Shown here: piece after piece, positions 43,669-55,295 of the stretch | Layout of the letters: each line of letters opens with the position of its first letter | How positions within the stretch are numbered: position 1 is the first letter of the stretch | Assembly (NCBI GenBank): GCA_019828565.1 | Contig: JAHDYR010000009.1 | Coordinates: 1 to 64,000 of the forward strand | From: Carpediemonas membranifera BICM | Lineage: Eukaryota; Protista; Fornicata | Direction of reading: 5' to 3' | DNA length: 64,000 nt | Position numbers and translations under genes: made by a program | The notes under the pieces: model-generated | Seen by the model: the letters and a program-made list of their open reading frames with translations, nothing else | What the model was told of the DNA's origin: nothing | Database searches by the model: none

Positions 43669-45084
43669 ATGTTTTCTCTGCTTGCGCAAGACAAGAATGT
43701 TATGGTTACTGCAGATGCTGTTGGTGGCGGTAAGCTGATTACTGGCATCCTTCACACCGTTCTTATGAAGGTATTCACTCAAGAGCAGGTTGTGGAGGGC
43801 ACAAAGGCGATCATTCTCTGCCCCACACGTGAGGAGGCCACTCAGGTAGTTACTATCGCAAAGAGGCTACGTTCTGAGCTTCTTCGTAAGCCCAAACTCT
43901 TTGCCATCGAGCTCCTCATCGGCGGCACCGACGTCAGCACAGGCACGGACATCATCGTTGCCACTCCCGACAGCCTCTACAGGCTGGACCACGTCAGATC
44001 AAAGGACTTCCCCAACCTGAAGATCCTCGCCGTGGTTGGTGCCAACCGCATCATGGATATTTATCCCAAGCAGTCCCTGGACATCCTCGTCAACAAGTCC
44101 CTCCCCGTGGCCGGCCAGACTATCCTGCTCGTCGAACCCAGCTCCCGGTCGAACGAGGACCTTGTCTGTCAGTTTAGTAGGGATGTGGAGCAGGCGACGT
44201 CCTTCCAGCTGGCCCGAATCCCCACGCCCGCGGGCCAGGATGCCAAGCTGGCCAAGGTTGAGGTACTGTCGAGCCCGTACGCCGCTCGGCTTGGAACCCT
44301 GTTCGCCTTTATCGCGAAGGAGATCAAGCAGACTGGAAGCGAGAAGCGCGCCATCATCGCCCTGTCATCAGCCGACGAGGTCCGCTTCTTCTCTCAGATC
44401 CTTGCCAAGCTCGCCACTACTGACTTCGTCGTCAAGTCGGAACCGGGCCCCATCGACGCCGAGTCGTCCGCCCTCACTGAACTCGCCGACTCTCCCGCGG
44501 GCCTCTGTCTGGTGACCTCCACCGCCCTGACTCGCGCCACGGTCAACCAGACCGTCGCCTCATCGGTGCACTTTATGCTCCAACTGACCCCCGCCCCCAC
44601 CCTCCCAGCCCTGCTCGCCCACGGCCGGTTCACTGGTGCCCGTGTGATCATGTTCCTGGACCCCAAGGAGGAGGAGCCGGTGCTCTCAGCCCTGCCCGCA
44701 GACTTGGCCATCTCGCCCTGTGACTGGAGCATCGAGAATGCTAAGGTCAACAACGCCCGGAATAAGGTCGTGAAGCGTGTGCAGACAGCAATGGTTCTCC
44801 AAAAGCTTGCCCAGCAAGCGTTCCATGGCTTCATCAGCGAGTACAGCCTGCCCAGGGCGTCTGTGATGCCGCAGCTTAAGGACATCGTGCGGCTGTACGG
44901 TCTCGATGAAGTTGTCAAGGTATCGCTCCCCGGGATGGACATGGAGGCCAGTGGGTTCGTCAAGGTCGAGAGGCTTGAGGTGAAGAAGCCGGTGAAGGCG
45001 AAGAAGGCCAAGAGGGCAGGGTCCAAGGCTGCGGAGGCGAAGAAGGGCGGCAAGGCTAAGCGCGGGAAGGCCACCAAGGAGTAA
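43669..45084 (+). CDS. DEAD-box helicase-like protein (HAS1/DDX18-like layout) with degenerate catalytic motifs
   Basis: AIILCPTRE (Ia), LLIGG, DIIVATP (Ib), LKILAVVGANRIMDI in place of LIIDEADRILD, LP..QTIL, Lys-rich tail. Start may be 43599 with an indel near 43667. Confidence 0.7.
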   Translation: MFSLLAQDKNVMVTADAVGGGKLITGILHTVLMKVFTQEQVVEGTKAIILCPTREEATQVVTIAKRLRSELLRKPKLFAIELLIGGTDVSTGTDIIVATPDSLYRLDHVRSKDFPNLKILAVVGANRIMDIYPKQSLDILVNKSLPVAGQTILLVEPSSRSNEDLVCQFSRDVEQATSFQLARIPTPAGQDAKLAKVEVLSSPYAARLGTLFAFIAKEIKQTGSEKRAIIALSSADEVRFFSQILAKLATTDFVVKSEPGPIDAESSALTELADSPAGLCLVTSTALTRATVNQTVASSVHFMLQLTPAPTLPALLAHGRFTGARVIMFLDPKEEEPVLSALPADLAISPCDWSIENAKVNNARNKVVKRVQTAMVLQKLAQQAFHGFISEYSLPRASVMPQLKDIVRLYGLDEVVKVSLPGMDMEASGFVKVERLEVKKPVKAKKAKRAGSKAAEAKKGGKAKRGKATKE

Positions 45085-45616
45085 ATATGCGGATTATTGG
45101 ACTGGGGCCCATGTACGCCGGGGAATGGACTCGGTCGACTGGGGTCCACCGCGGGCAGGTATTGATGTACCGCTCTGCGTGCCTCTGCGTGGGAAGTGGA
45201 GGCAGGCTTGGGTGGGGGGTCCCACAGTTGGGCAATGGCCTCTTCATACATCGCTGCGTCACACCCCCTCCTACAGCCATTCCTCTCCCTGCTGGCACCA
45301 GACCAGTCAGGTTTGAGTCAGATGTTGATGATTACCAGCATATACAAGTGTAGAAGTGAATTTAATGTGGAATAGAAGACAGTGAGACGACGTGTGAGCG
45401 ATTGTGATGTTTGCAGCTGTGCTGACGTCCACGAAGAAGACGCTTTGTGGAAGCCCTGGAGAAGACGATCTCCCTACCGACTTAAGACGTGAGTAGGAGG
45501 GAGACAGGGCAGTGTTGCGCAGTGTAAACACATTATTCGACCCTTCAATAGCACATGACGGATCTGCGAAAACTGCCCGTCACGACGAAAGAGCCTGTTG
45601 CAGCAAGACAGGAGCC

Positions 45617-46396
45617 ATGCGCATTCACTGGCCATTTCTGCGAATAATAGGACTGACTGGAGGCGTAGGGACAGGAAAAACGACTGTCTCCGCGATCTTT
45701 CGCGACAGCTTTGGTGTTCGGGTCATTTCCGCCGATGCCATCAGCCGGCATGTCATGAGACCCGGTAGACCTGCATATAGGCATATTCTGAAGCACTTTG
45801 GCGAAGAATACACTCTTCCCAGCGGCCATCTCGATCGCAGGAAGCTTGCCAAGCTCATCCAAACCGACCGGGAAGCTCGTGCAAAGCTTCAGCAATGCAC
45901 CAACGTGTACATACTCCTTAGTATATGCAACCAGATCCTCTACCACTTCTTCCACGGCGCCCGCTACGTTGTTCTCGACGCCCCCCTCCTCCTCGAGACC
46001 CGCCTCCGTCTCCTCATCAACCCGGTCATCGTCGTGTGGGCCCCGCCTGATGTGCAGGTTAGGCGGCTTGTAGAGCGAGATGGGAGCCAGATCACGGAGG
46101 ACCAGGCGAGGAAACGGGTCGAGTCGCAGCTCCACATAGATATGAAGACGAACCTCGCAGATTACGTCATCAGAAACGATGTGGACTCTGTTGAGAACGC
46201 GCACCAGGAGGTGCATCGTATTCTGACTGAGATCACGACATCCTCGCGTCGTGCGGGCCACAGCGTCCTTGGGGCGCTCATCCTCAACGGGGCACTGACT
46301 CTGTTCTTTGTCCTAGCGATGGTTGGGTCAGGCTGGGCCATGCGGGGCATCCTGTTCACCGTCTGGGTCCTGGTCATGCTCATGCTGTGGATGTGA
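45617..46396 (+). CDS. coaE: Dephospho-CoA kinase with a C-terminal membrane anchor
   Basis: IIGLTGGVGTGKTTV, ISADAIS, LDRRKL, VVLDAPLLLE, RLVERD, ADYVIRN. Confidence 0.93.
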   Translation: MRIHWPFLRIIGLTGGVGTGKTTVSAIFRDSFGVRVISADAISRHVMRPGRPAYRHILKHFGEEYTLPSGHLDRRKLAKLIQTDREARAKLQQCTNVYILLSICNQILYHFFHGARYVVLDAPLLLETRLRLLINPVIVVWAPPDVQVRRLVERDGSQITEDQARKRVESQLHIDMKTNLADYVIRNDVDSVENAHQEVHRILTEITTSSRRAGHSVLGALILNGALTLFFVLAMVGSGWAMRGILFTVWVLVMLMLWM

Positions 46397-46572
46397 GGCT
46401 GGTAGATGTAGAGAGAAGCGGATTCACCGAAGCTGACGCGTGGTCAGATATGGTGAGACGGTTTACTGGTCTAGCTGTGGCTGGGTCAGGCAGTGGGCGG
46501 GCCTTTCGTCATTTATTGCCATAAAGGACTTACCACAACGAGCAGAATAGGATCGCATCGCCACGAACGAAG

Positions 46573-47304
46573 ATGATCGACGCGTCTGTGGAGTACAAGG
46601 TGGCCCAAGAATCGATAGATATCGATGCCTGCAAGCAGTTTGTGCCATTCAAGGTCTGGTATGAGCGTATTGAAGCTGATCCCAACCTCGTTGTGAAGGA
46701 AATCATCTTCAACTCTGTATCCTACTTCGGCGCGAAGAAGCGGATCGGTTTCGTCAAGCTCACGACGAAGACCTACCACAAGGACACCAATCACACTGTC
46801 CCCGGCATCGTCTTCCTCCGCGGCGACGCCGTCTGCATTCTCGTCGTCCTCCACTGCGCCGGCAAGAAGTACGCTCTCCTCACATCCCAGCCCCGCGTTC
46901 CTGTCGGTGAGAGCGAGTTCCTCGAGATCCCGGCTGGCATGACTGACGGTTCATGCAACGTCAAGGGCAAGGCCATCGACGAGATGGAGGAGGAGACCGG
47001 CTTCAAGATCACATGCGAGTCCATCTTCGACATGGGCGCCGAGGTCTTCCCCGACGGCATGTTCTACCCGAGTGTCGGTGCCTGCGATGAGGGACTCGCC
47101 GTCTACCTCCACGAGCGCGAGATCTCACCCGAGGCTATGGCTGAGCTCGAGGGCAAGCTCACGGGCGAGAGCATCCACGAGCACATCAAGCTGGTGGTTC
47201 GGCCGCTCGAGGACATCATCACGCTGCCCGACTCGAAGAGCGTAGTCGCGTACGCCCTGTACCAGCACCTCAGTGCCCAGGGAAAGATCCCGAAGCTGTT
47301 CTAA
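46573..47304 (+). CDS. Nudix hydrolase (ADP-sugar pyrophosphatase-like)
   Basis: PGIVFLRG, QPRVPVG, Nudix box EIPAGMTD..AIDEMEEETG, YPSVGACDE. Confidence 0.9.
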   Translation: MIDASVEYKVAQESIDIDACKQFVPFKVWYERIEADPNLVVKEIIFNSVSYFGAKKRIGFVKLTTKTYHKDTNHTVPGIVFLRGDAVCILVVLHCAGKKYALLTSQPRVPVGESEFLEIPAGMTDGSCNVKGKAIDEMEEETGFKITCESIFDMGAEVFPDGMFYPSVGACDEGLAVYLHEREISPEAMAELEGKLTGESIHEHIKLVVRPLEDIITLPDSKSVVAYALYQHLSAQGKIPKLF

Positions 47305-47505
47305 GCACCATGTAAATAAGGCAAAGGCTCGGATAATGGGGCTGTGTGGACTCCTGGAAAGGCCGAGTGTTGCCCGATGATGCGGCAACTGCATGGCGGC
47401 CACAGCGACGGCATACTGCCTTGGTCGTCTTCTGCCCATGTCCTGGGTCTAATGCTGTCTCATTAACGTGATTTATGGCGCGCAGGATAGCCGATAACAG
47501 AAGCA

Positions 47506-49002
47506 ATGAACGAAGAAACGCCACAAAGAACTCACTTCGTAACACCAATAAGATACCAAATCATCGACAAGGACAGTGGATTTTGTCTCGTTGATAGCAA
47601 ATCCGAAGAGATGGACGCACAGCCCGCAGACGCGTTCAACAACCTAATCCAGGTCTTCACACAGTTTTCGAGTACAATGACCAAGACTATAGACATCGAC
47701 TTCGTTACATTCGCTCCCACCCAAAAGAAGAAGTCCCACCGCGTTGCTAGCGCCTCTGTGGTGCAATTCTATTCCAACGAGCTCGCCAAGTCCCTTCGAC
47801 GCCCGCGGTCGTCTAGGGGACGAAACAACGCGGACAACTCGGGGCAGATCATGTACCTTGCCAACTGCTACGCCTACCTGAACGTCAAGAAGAACTCGAT
47901 CCGCTGGAAGAAGGGACCCAACGACAGTGCCACAGCCGCAGAGTCCATGATGTGCCTGGTGGTGGCCGCACTGTTCCCTGTCAGAGTGAAGGAGGCGGGC
48001 AGGGCTACTGTGGACGCGACACTCGAGGCGTTCAAGACGTTTTTGTTCGACACAACCTTCAAGGCCGCCCCTAGAAACGCATACAGCCTGGCAGGTATCA
48101 AAAACCTCATGACTGAAGTGGAGCAACGCACGGTGGGTGACAAGCCCGACTACGAGGGCGACCAGGCTCTGTCGACTGCCCGCAACAAACTGCAGACCGA
48201 GTTCCTCCGTGGAATCGCCCTTAAGCCAGCCCCCCCGGCCAAGAAGGTCGCCACCGCCGTAGATGCGGACAAGGTCGCGCTGCACACGATCATGGTGGTC
48301 AACGGGGCGGGGCTCACGCTGTTCAACAAGCCCTTTGCCCGCGAGGTCGACGACAAGGTTGGCCCCCTGCTCGTGGCGATGATGACCTTCTCCCAGCAGG
48401 TCTTGGGGATGACTGCGTCGTTCTTCCGACTCTCGGACACGTCTGTGGCTGTGTATCAGCGTGACCGCACGATATCTATCGTATCTCATGATACACGCGT
48501 ATCTAAGACCCTAGGCACGCTCATTGCCCGGCGAGTCTCTGACAAGTTCATCGAGGACTACGGCCGCACCCTCAACGCCGGGGGCACCATCCAGAAGACC
48601 GAGTTTGCTGCCTTCCAGTATGAGCTCGTCAACACGATGCGGCAGTGCCTCGAGCCTGTACTGGACCAGTTCAACGCCTTCCTCCGTGACAGCTTCAGCG
48701 ACTCCGAGGCCTTCCTCGTGCTCGAGGACGACCGCGTGCTCCCGGTGACCGTAGATGGTCTCAACGTCATCCTCATCCGCACGCTGTACTCTAGGGCCCA
48801 TGACATGGCCGAGCCGCTCCATGCGACGCCCCGGGACATGGTCATGGGCGACCAGGACTACGTGATGCTCACCAGGACCGTGGGGCGCGTGGTGCTCGCA
48901 GTGAGCGCGTATGTGCCGACCAAGGACAAGGAGGCCGCCGTATTCGAGGAGTTCGACCGGGTGGCGCTGCTGGTGCGGCATGTTTATGAGCTGATCGGGT
49001 GA
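47506..49002 (+). CDS. Hypothetical protein with a longin-like domain
   Basis: 498-aa ORF; LHTIMVVNGAGLTLFNKPF..LLVAMMTFSQQVLG resembles the longin fold N-terminus. Confidence 0.6.
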   Translation: MNEETPQRTHFVTPIRYQIIDKDSGFCLVDSKSEEMDAQPADAFNNLIQVFTQFSSTMTKTIDIDFVTFAPTQKKKSHRVASASVVQFYSNELAKSLRRPRSSRGRNNADNSGQIMYLANCYAYLNVKKNSIRWKKGPNDSATAAESMMCLVVAALFPVRVKEAGRATVDATLEAFKTFLFDTTFKAAPRNAYSLAGIKNLMTEVEQRTVGDKPDYEGDQALSTARNKLQTEFLRGIALKPAPPAKKVATAVDADKVALHTIMVVNGAGLTLFNKPFAREVDDKVGPLLVAMMTFSQQVLGMTASFFRLSDTSVAVYQRDRTISIVSHDTRVSKTLGTLIARRVSDKFIEDYGRTLNAGGTIQKTEFAAFQYELVNTMRQCLEPVLDQFNAFLRDSFSDSEAFLVLEDDRVLPVTVDGLNVILIRTLYSRAHDMAEPLHATPRDMVMGDQDYVMLTRTVGRVVLAVSAYVPTKDKEAAVFEEFDRVALLVRHVYELIG

Positions 49003-49808
49003 GGTATCGTTGGGTTGCTTGAGTGCTCGCAGCGATGGTGGTGGTATTATATGTCTCTGTAAAGTAGCCACGTGTAAATATGTAAACTAGGTGTCGTTTG
49101 CTCCTGCTCGGACTGAATGCACGGTTTCCCTGGTCGTGGTCGGGCAGTGGGAGTGGATGGTGGGATGACTAAACTGTTCGACTATGCGACTAATAAATCT
49201 TTCCCATCTCAGTCTTATGGTACTAATTAGGCCCCTATTGACATGCCGTATGTCTCAACGATTCTTGTAGATTGGCGCACAAATCAGCCGGGGTCGACCA
49301 GACCCCCAACCTACCCCTTGGACTATCATTCAAAATGGTGTACGCGCGCATGCTTTAGAGCCCATTCCGCAGCTATATCGGCCATCGATTTGGTTGGCGG
49401 CATATTCACCTGACTTTCGAAATCGTCCCGAGACTGCGGGTCCGAAGCTGAGCGATGCCGTCACCTCGACTACTACCATCGAATCGTTGTCGGTCCACCA
49501 TAAAGCTTGTATAGCCCTCCAACATCTGGATCCGGGCCATTACCAGCGGGCGCACGCTGGAAGTATGCGTTTGGGGTCGGCCCAAGCTTCAGTTTCGACC
49601 GACATCGAACATGACGAGTAGAGGTCAGAGAGGGCTGAAACTCACACCATTGCATCACAATACAAGCTCATACAGGATGGCTGACCCATATTTATTTTTT
49701 AAACTCCCAACACAAAGTCTCTCTCTCTAAAGGCGTCGACAGGCGACGAAGAAACGAAATAACAACATGCCAAGCACAGTGAAACGTGTTTAAAATGTAT
49801 CCGAGGAC

Positions 49809-51107
49809 CTACAGTAGCAGATCCTGCACTGCCGACCACCCCATCCTCAAAGCCGAGGCGATGCAAAGCAGCCAAAAGCCGGCCAGAAGAGCGTCGCTGT
49901 TAAGCTTACCAAAAGAGTTGAGGACAAAAGTACTGCCAAAGATCGACCCCACGCCAATGGGGACGACGTAGTAGAAGTCCATGGACGCCAGCAGTAGCCG
50001 GGTGGCCGCGGCGAACCATATGGAGAACCAGATAGCCATGGTCGAGACCGGGATAGCCTTGGCGCCGGGCAGTTTAGCCAACATCGTCAGCAGCGGGACG
50101 AATATGACCCCGCCCGAAAGCCCGAGGAAAGCCCCAATAGCGGCGCCGACCGAGCACAGGGGCAGGGTGGGCCAGACGGCCATGGGCTCGGATAGTCCCG
50201 GGAGCCGGACAGACTGGACGCGCCAGGGTCGGCGGAGGGTCGCCTTGAGGCCAGCGTAGTAGGCCTCGAGGACCAGGCGGGGCACACCGCCCTGAAGGCC
50301 GGCGAGCAGGCTGGTCTTGGCGGGCCCGATGGTCTGGACGAAGGTGTCGACGTGGAGCACAATGGCGTCTGCATCGTCGGTGGCTGAGGCCGTGTGGTCG
50401 TCGTGCACTGGAGCTGTAGTGGTGTCATCACGGTCTTCGTGGTGGGCATCCTCTGCCTCGGGGTGTTCCTCGGAGGAAGTCTGCTCAGACGGGTCAGCCT
50501 CACCGCTAGTATTGCTGCCCGCGGTGTCGTCCGGCAGCTCGTCGATGGCGAGGGCCTCAGCGTCCTCGGTGTCGGAAGGAGCCGGCGATGCTGAGGCCGA
50601 GGCGATTGACACCGTAACGTCGGTGCTGGCGTCCACGACCGGGTAAGCCTTGATACCTCTGCGCTTCCTGATGACACGCAGGAGCTTGGTCACGGTGTGC
50701 ATGCCGATGCTGGTCAGCTTGATCGAGGCCAGGCTCAACATGAAGATGGCAAAGGTCGCCTGGAGAATGGAGGCTCTGGGTATGAACGTGGCAATCAGGC
50801 TGCCGATGATGGAGCCAGGAACAGCGAAGATGACGAACGGGATGCCGGCGGCGAACGACACACGACGCTGCCGTACCATTTTGAAGAACGAGTTTGTAGA
50901 CGTGAATACGATTGCGCCTGTCGATATATTGGTGGCCGCAAGGCCGTCTACACCGAACAGGATCGTCATTGCGGGCACAGTGATGATTCCACCGCCAACA
51001 CCGAATAACGCTGCGACACAACCTACAAAGAAGCCGGTAACGAATAGCCACAGCGATAGAATCGGGTCTGCGTCGTTGAGGAAGCTCAGCTGGTCCTCAA
51101 GCAACAT
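49809..51107 (-). CDS. TauE/SafE (sulfite exporter family) membrane protein
   Basis: Two repeats, AALFGVGGGIITVP and AFLGLSGGVIFVP; several TM helices around an acidic loop. Confidence 0.85.
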   Translation of the reverse strand: MLLEDQLSFLNDADPILSLWLFVTGFFVGCVAALFGVGGGIITVPAMTILFGVDGLAATNISTGAIVFTSTNSFFKMVRQRRVSFAAGIPFVIFAVPGSIIGSLIATFIPRASILQATFAIFMLSLASIKLTSIGMHTVTKLLRVIRKRRGIKAYPVVDASTDVTVSIASASASPAPSDTEDAEALAIDELPDDTAGSNTSGEADPSEQTSSEEHPEAEDAHHEDRDDTTTAPVHDDHTASATDDADAIVLHVDTFVQTIGPAKTSLLAGLQGGVPRLVLEAYYAGLKATLRRPWRVQSVRLPGLSEPMAVWPTLPLCSVGAAIGAFLGLSGGVIFVPLLTMLAKLPGAKAIPVSTMAIWFSIWFAAATRLLLASMDFYYVVPIGVGSIFGSTFVLNSFGKLNSDALLAGFWLLCIASALRMGWSAVQDLLL

Positions 51108-51396
51108 CCAATGAGGGTTTCTTCGTCGCTTTCATAAACCGCGATCAGCGCGGATTATCCGCAGCGATCTGAACTGACATGCCACCTCGTGAGAAATGTA
51201 TCTGGCAAGCGAGCTAGTGCTTCTGATTGCAGTCATGCGGTATTTTCCCCAGGTCCAGGTCCAGGCACAAATTTTGTCAGGCAGAGTTCGTTCAGATGCT
51301 TCTCAGCCCCGCTATGTGTGCTATGAGATGGTCTTGTTGGGTCGGAATTCAGCCATATTTCTTGCGAGAATCTGAGAGAAGATCAGCTGGCGCACG

Positions 51397-52317
51397 ATGG
51401 TACTGGGCTCCAACGTTGACGAGGCTATCGAAAAGTTGTATGGAGGCCAATTCCTCGATGAGAAGGCTGTTACTAACATCTGTGAGCGGGCGAAGGAACT
51501 CCTCACGACGGAGCAGAACGTTGTTCCTGCCAAGGCTCCCATCACCGTTGTTGGCGACATCCACGGGCAGTTCCACGATCTTATGGAGCTTTTCCGCTAT
51601 TGTGGCAAGACTCCCGACACCAATTTCCTCTTCATGGGCGACTACGTCGACCGTGGCTATTACTCTGTCGAATGCGCCACCCTCCTCCTCGCTTTGAAGG
51701 TCCGCTATCCCTCTCGTCTTACCCTCCTCCGTGGTAACCACGAGTCTCGCCAGATCACTCAAGTCTACGGCTTCTACGACGAGTGTGTCCGCAAGTACGG
51801 CGGGGCCAGCATGTGGAAGGTTCTCACCGAGCTCTTCGACTACCTCCCCCTCGCCGCCCTCATCGAGAACCAAATCCTGTGCCTCCACGGTGGCCTCTCC
51901 CCCGCCATCGAGACGATCGACAACATCCGCACGCTCGACCGCGTCCAAGAGATGCCTCACGACGGCCCCATCTGCGACATCCTCTGGTCCGACCCGGACG
52001 ACCGGTCGGGCTGGGGCATCTCACCCCGTGGCGCCGGATACACCTGGGGTGCGGATGTTTCGCAGACTTTCAACCGTGTGAACCAGCTGAGTCTCATCGC
52101 CCGCGCCCATCAGCTGACCATGGAGGGGTACGCCTGGGCCCACGACAGGAACGTCGTCACCATCTTCAGTGCCCCGAACTACTGCTACCGCTGCGGCAAC
52201 CTCGCCGCCATCTTGGAGCTCGGCGAGAACCTACAGTACACGTTCCTCCAGTTCGACCCCGCACCCCGCAGGGGAGAGCCGCAGGTGGCCCGCCAGGTGC
52301 CGGATTACTTCGTCTAA
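51397..52317 (+). CDS. PP2A-C: Protein phosphatase 2A catalytic subunit
   Basis: [53 protein letters not shown]. Confidence 0.95.
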   Translation: MVLGSNVDEAIEKLYGGQFLDEKAVTNICERAKELLTTEQNVVPAKAPITVVGDIHGQFHDLMELFRYCGKTPDTNFLFMGDYVDRGYYSVECATLLLALKVRYPSRLTLLRGNHESRQITQVYGFYDECVRKYGGASMWKVLTELFDYLPLAALIENQILCLHGGLSPAIETIDNIRTLDRVQEMPHDGPICDILWSDPDDRSGWGISPRGAGYTWGADVSQTFNRVNQLSLIARAHQLTMEGYAWAHDRNVVTIFSAPNYCYRCGNLAAILELGENLQYTFLQFDPAPRRGEPQVARQVPDYFV

Positions 52318-53189
52318 TAGAATGAGTGACAGAAAAGGTTTTAAATTGTTCATACTTACCGGTCTGCCGCGAAACTGCATCATATTTTGAACTTTGGCGT
52401 CGACCTCAGAGGAAATAACAACATCTGGGGCAAGATAGAGTTCATTTGCGCTTGGGTCGGGCTGCAATCGTCTTCGTCACAATTACAAAGGATCCGAATT
52501 TGAACTCGTCAACTTTTTTCACGCATTTCCGCATGACGGCACGATTGGACGACTGTTGCTGCTTCCAAGCACTCCAGGTGCCGAATTCGGAAAAATAGTT
52601 CTCTGCCTTGAAGAAGAAGAAATATTTCATTCCGTCTCTTACGCCCTTTGTCGGCCACCATCAGTGCCGAACTAAACAACATCAATCAGGTGAGCCGACG
52701 GGACCCTGGAGCGGCACAAGATAAGTCCGCCACCATCTTATGATGTCAAAATCCTAGCTGTGCGCTACGGCGTCTTCGGACCTGTGGTTTGGCATTGGCC
52801 TCTGGCCCTTACTGCACACCGGGACAGCCGCGCCACTTTGTACGGCGCGGAACCCGGCTTCTAGCTAGGAGCGCGCAGACTGTGAGACTGCCGCGCGACA
52901 TCAGATGGACCTGGGACATTGAGCCTAGATGATACACTTGGACGACCCAGCAGCTGCTGGCGGTCAGCGACTGTATGCGGGAGGGCAGCCCGCGGCGTGG
53001 AGCCCCCATCAGAGTTATACCCGTGGGGGTTACTAGCGCCTCAACTGTCTGAATTGTCAGATTTGCTCAGGCAGAGTCTAGAGCCCTGCCACAAACGACA
53101 AAACGTGCGTATTGGCTAGTCCGATGCACCAAATGACATCTACGCGGCACTACCTGCCATGGCTTGCAGTCTGAACTTGAGCGCAGGTT

Positions 53190-54001
53190 ATGTCACGCCG
53201 GAAGATGAATCGATTGTTTGAAGAGCTAGATCAGTTAAAGGAGTACAATGAAAAGCTCCGAAGCAACATTGCATCATCGAAGAACGAACTGCAAGATCTC
53301 GAGGCCTCGATTGCCACAGAACCGCAGGAAACGGCTCGAATTGAAGAGAAGATCCTTAGCAGCTCGTCGTTCGTTCCCAGTTGTTCTATTTATGCAGCAA
53401 GAGCATCCATTATCAAGTCATCAGTGACTATATGAGCCACGGGATGAAGCAGTTCCGTGATGAGTTCGCCGAGTTGAAGCGCGACATCAAAGCGGCGAAG
53501 GAAAAGTTCAAAGAGAGTCAGGACGCCGTCCAGCGGCGTATTGTAGACATCACGAACGCGTGCCAGGCTCAGACGCAGTCACCCTTCGCGTCGCTCATCA
53601 AGGCCGGCGAGCAGCTCCCCATGGAAATCGCCGCACTCGAGACTGAAATCGCTGAACTGAAAGAGAAGCGTGACGGAAAACAGACCGAGTTGGATATCAC
53701 AAAGGGCCGCCTTGCCTCGGCCGAGTCCCAGCACGCGATGCTCCGCGACCAACTCGGGGCCAAACTCGAGCAGCGTGACTTCCTCCAGACTACTCTGGAC
53801 AGCCAGATGCAGCAGGTCGAGCAGCTGAGGCGACAGGTACAGGAGGCTACCGATGGGAGCGCTGGGCGCCGGCGGGAGATGCTGGCACAGATGCAGCGTC
53901 GACTCCGGACCGACATACTGAGACTGGAGGCGATCCAGCGGACGGCGGACATAGCACCACCGCAGAGCTCGTATCTGGCAGCAATGCAGAGCCACAGGTA
54001 A
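53190..54001 (+). CDS. Hypothetical coiled-coil protein; intron 53369-53397
   Basis: Two coiled-coil ORFs joined in frame by a 29-nt GTTCGT..GCAG intron. Confidence 0.65.
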
Positions 54002-54097
54002 TTATACATGACGATTATGTATACCGTAAATGGCTGGATCACGATGACATCAACTCGAATTCACGAGAGCCCTTAAATCAGGGAGCACGTCAGAATA

Positions 54098-55015
54098 ATG
54101 GAGTATCCCACTATCATCGACACTATCGGCAACACGCCTCTTATCCGTCTGCAGCGCAAGTCTTATCCGAACAACAACATCGTGCTCCTTAAGCTCGAGG
54201 CGCACAACGCCGGCGGCTCTGTCAAGGATCGTCCGGTCCTGAACATGCTTGAGACCGCGCTGAAGGAGGGTACGCTCAAGAAGACCGACAAGATTGTCGA
54301 GCCCACGAGCGGTAACACTGGTATTGCCCTCGCGATGATCTGCGCAATCAAGGGCCTCGACCTGACACTTGTCATGCCCAAGGCTATGTCCATCGAGCGC
54401 CGCAAGCTCATGGGTAGCTATGGTGCCACTCTTCTTCTCTCGAACTCGATTGAGTCCGCCATCACCAAGGCCAAGGACATGGTCACGAACGAGGGGTACA
54501 AGAGCCTCAACCAGTTCGCCAACCCTGCCAACCCCGAGATGCACTACAAGACCACTGCTCAGGAGATTGAGCGGCAGACCAAGGGTGCCGTGACACACGT
54601 CGTGTCGACCATGGGCACCACTGGCACCGCCTGCGGCATCGGACGCTACATGAAGGACCACGACCGGGATGTCCAGGTCATTGGCGTGCAGCCGGACGAG
54701 AGCAGCAGCATCCAGGGCTCGAGGAACTGGCCGACCGAGTTCATCCCGGCCATTTTCGACCGGAGCCTTATTGAGGACGTCGTTGACGTCTCCGGGGCCG
54801 AGTCCCTGGAGGCCATGCGGGATCTGGCTACCTCCGAGGGTGTCCTTGTTGGCCAGAGTGCGGGCGGCGCGTTCCTTGTCGCTGAAAGGATTGCCCACGA
54901 CCCCGAGGTCAAGAACGCCACCATCGTCGCGATCATGCCCGACAGCGGCGAGCGCTACCTGTCCATGCCTGGCTGGTGGGAACCCAACGCTAAGGGCTGC
55001 ACCGAGTTCGAGTAA
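54098..55015 (+). CDS. cysM: Cysteine synthase B-like (O-acetylserine sulfhydrylase)
   Basis: IGNTPLIRL, SVKDR (PLP Lys), TSGNTG, NQFANPAN, MGTTGT, and the CysM-type loop IQGSRNWPTEFIPAIF. Confidence 0.9.
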   Translation: MEYPTIIDTIGNTPLIRLQRKSYPNNNIVLLKLEAHNAGGSVKDRPVLNMLETALKEGTLKKTDKIVEPTSGNTGIALAMICAIKGLDLTLVMPKAMSIERRKLMGSYGATLLLSNSIESAITKAKDMVTNEGYKSLNQFANPANPEMHYKTTAQEIERQTKGAVTHVVSTMGTTGTACGIGRYMKDHDRDVQVIGVQPDESSSIQGSRNWPTEFIPAIFDRSLIEDVVDVSGAESLEAMRDLATSEGVLVGQSAGGAFLVAERIAHDPEVKNATIVAIMPDSGERYLSMPGWWEPNAKGCTEFE

Positions 55016-55295
55016 GGTTAAAGGTTAACGTATGAGACATGACGGAGAGGCGCAGAGTCGACCTATCAAGCATCCTCTGGCTTGGGTGAACGCGGTTTGA
55101 TAGCCAAATCTGCCTTAGGAACAATACTCAAAGCGAAGCTGTTGACATCTTTGGCTTGTTGGCCTTCCAGTCTGGTTCGTCAGTCCGTTTTTCTTGACAT
55201 GAAAAAATTCTCTAGCATAACTAACCACCATTACTCGTTCGTCACGACATTTGCGGGCATCTTGCTGCGCAGATCGCTTATAGTAGCTTATCTAG

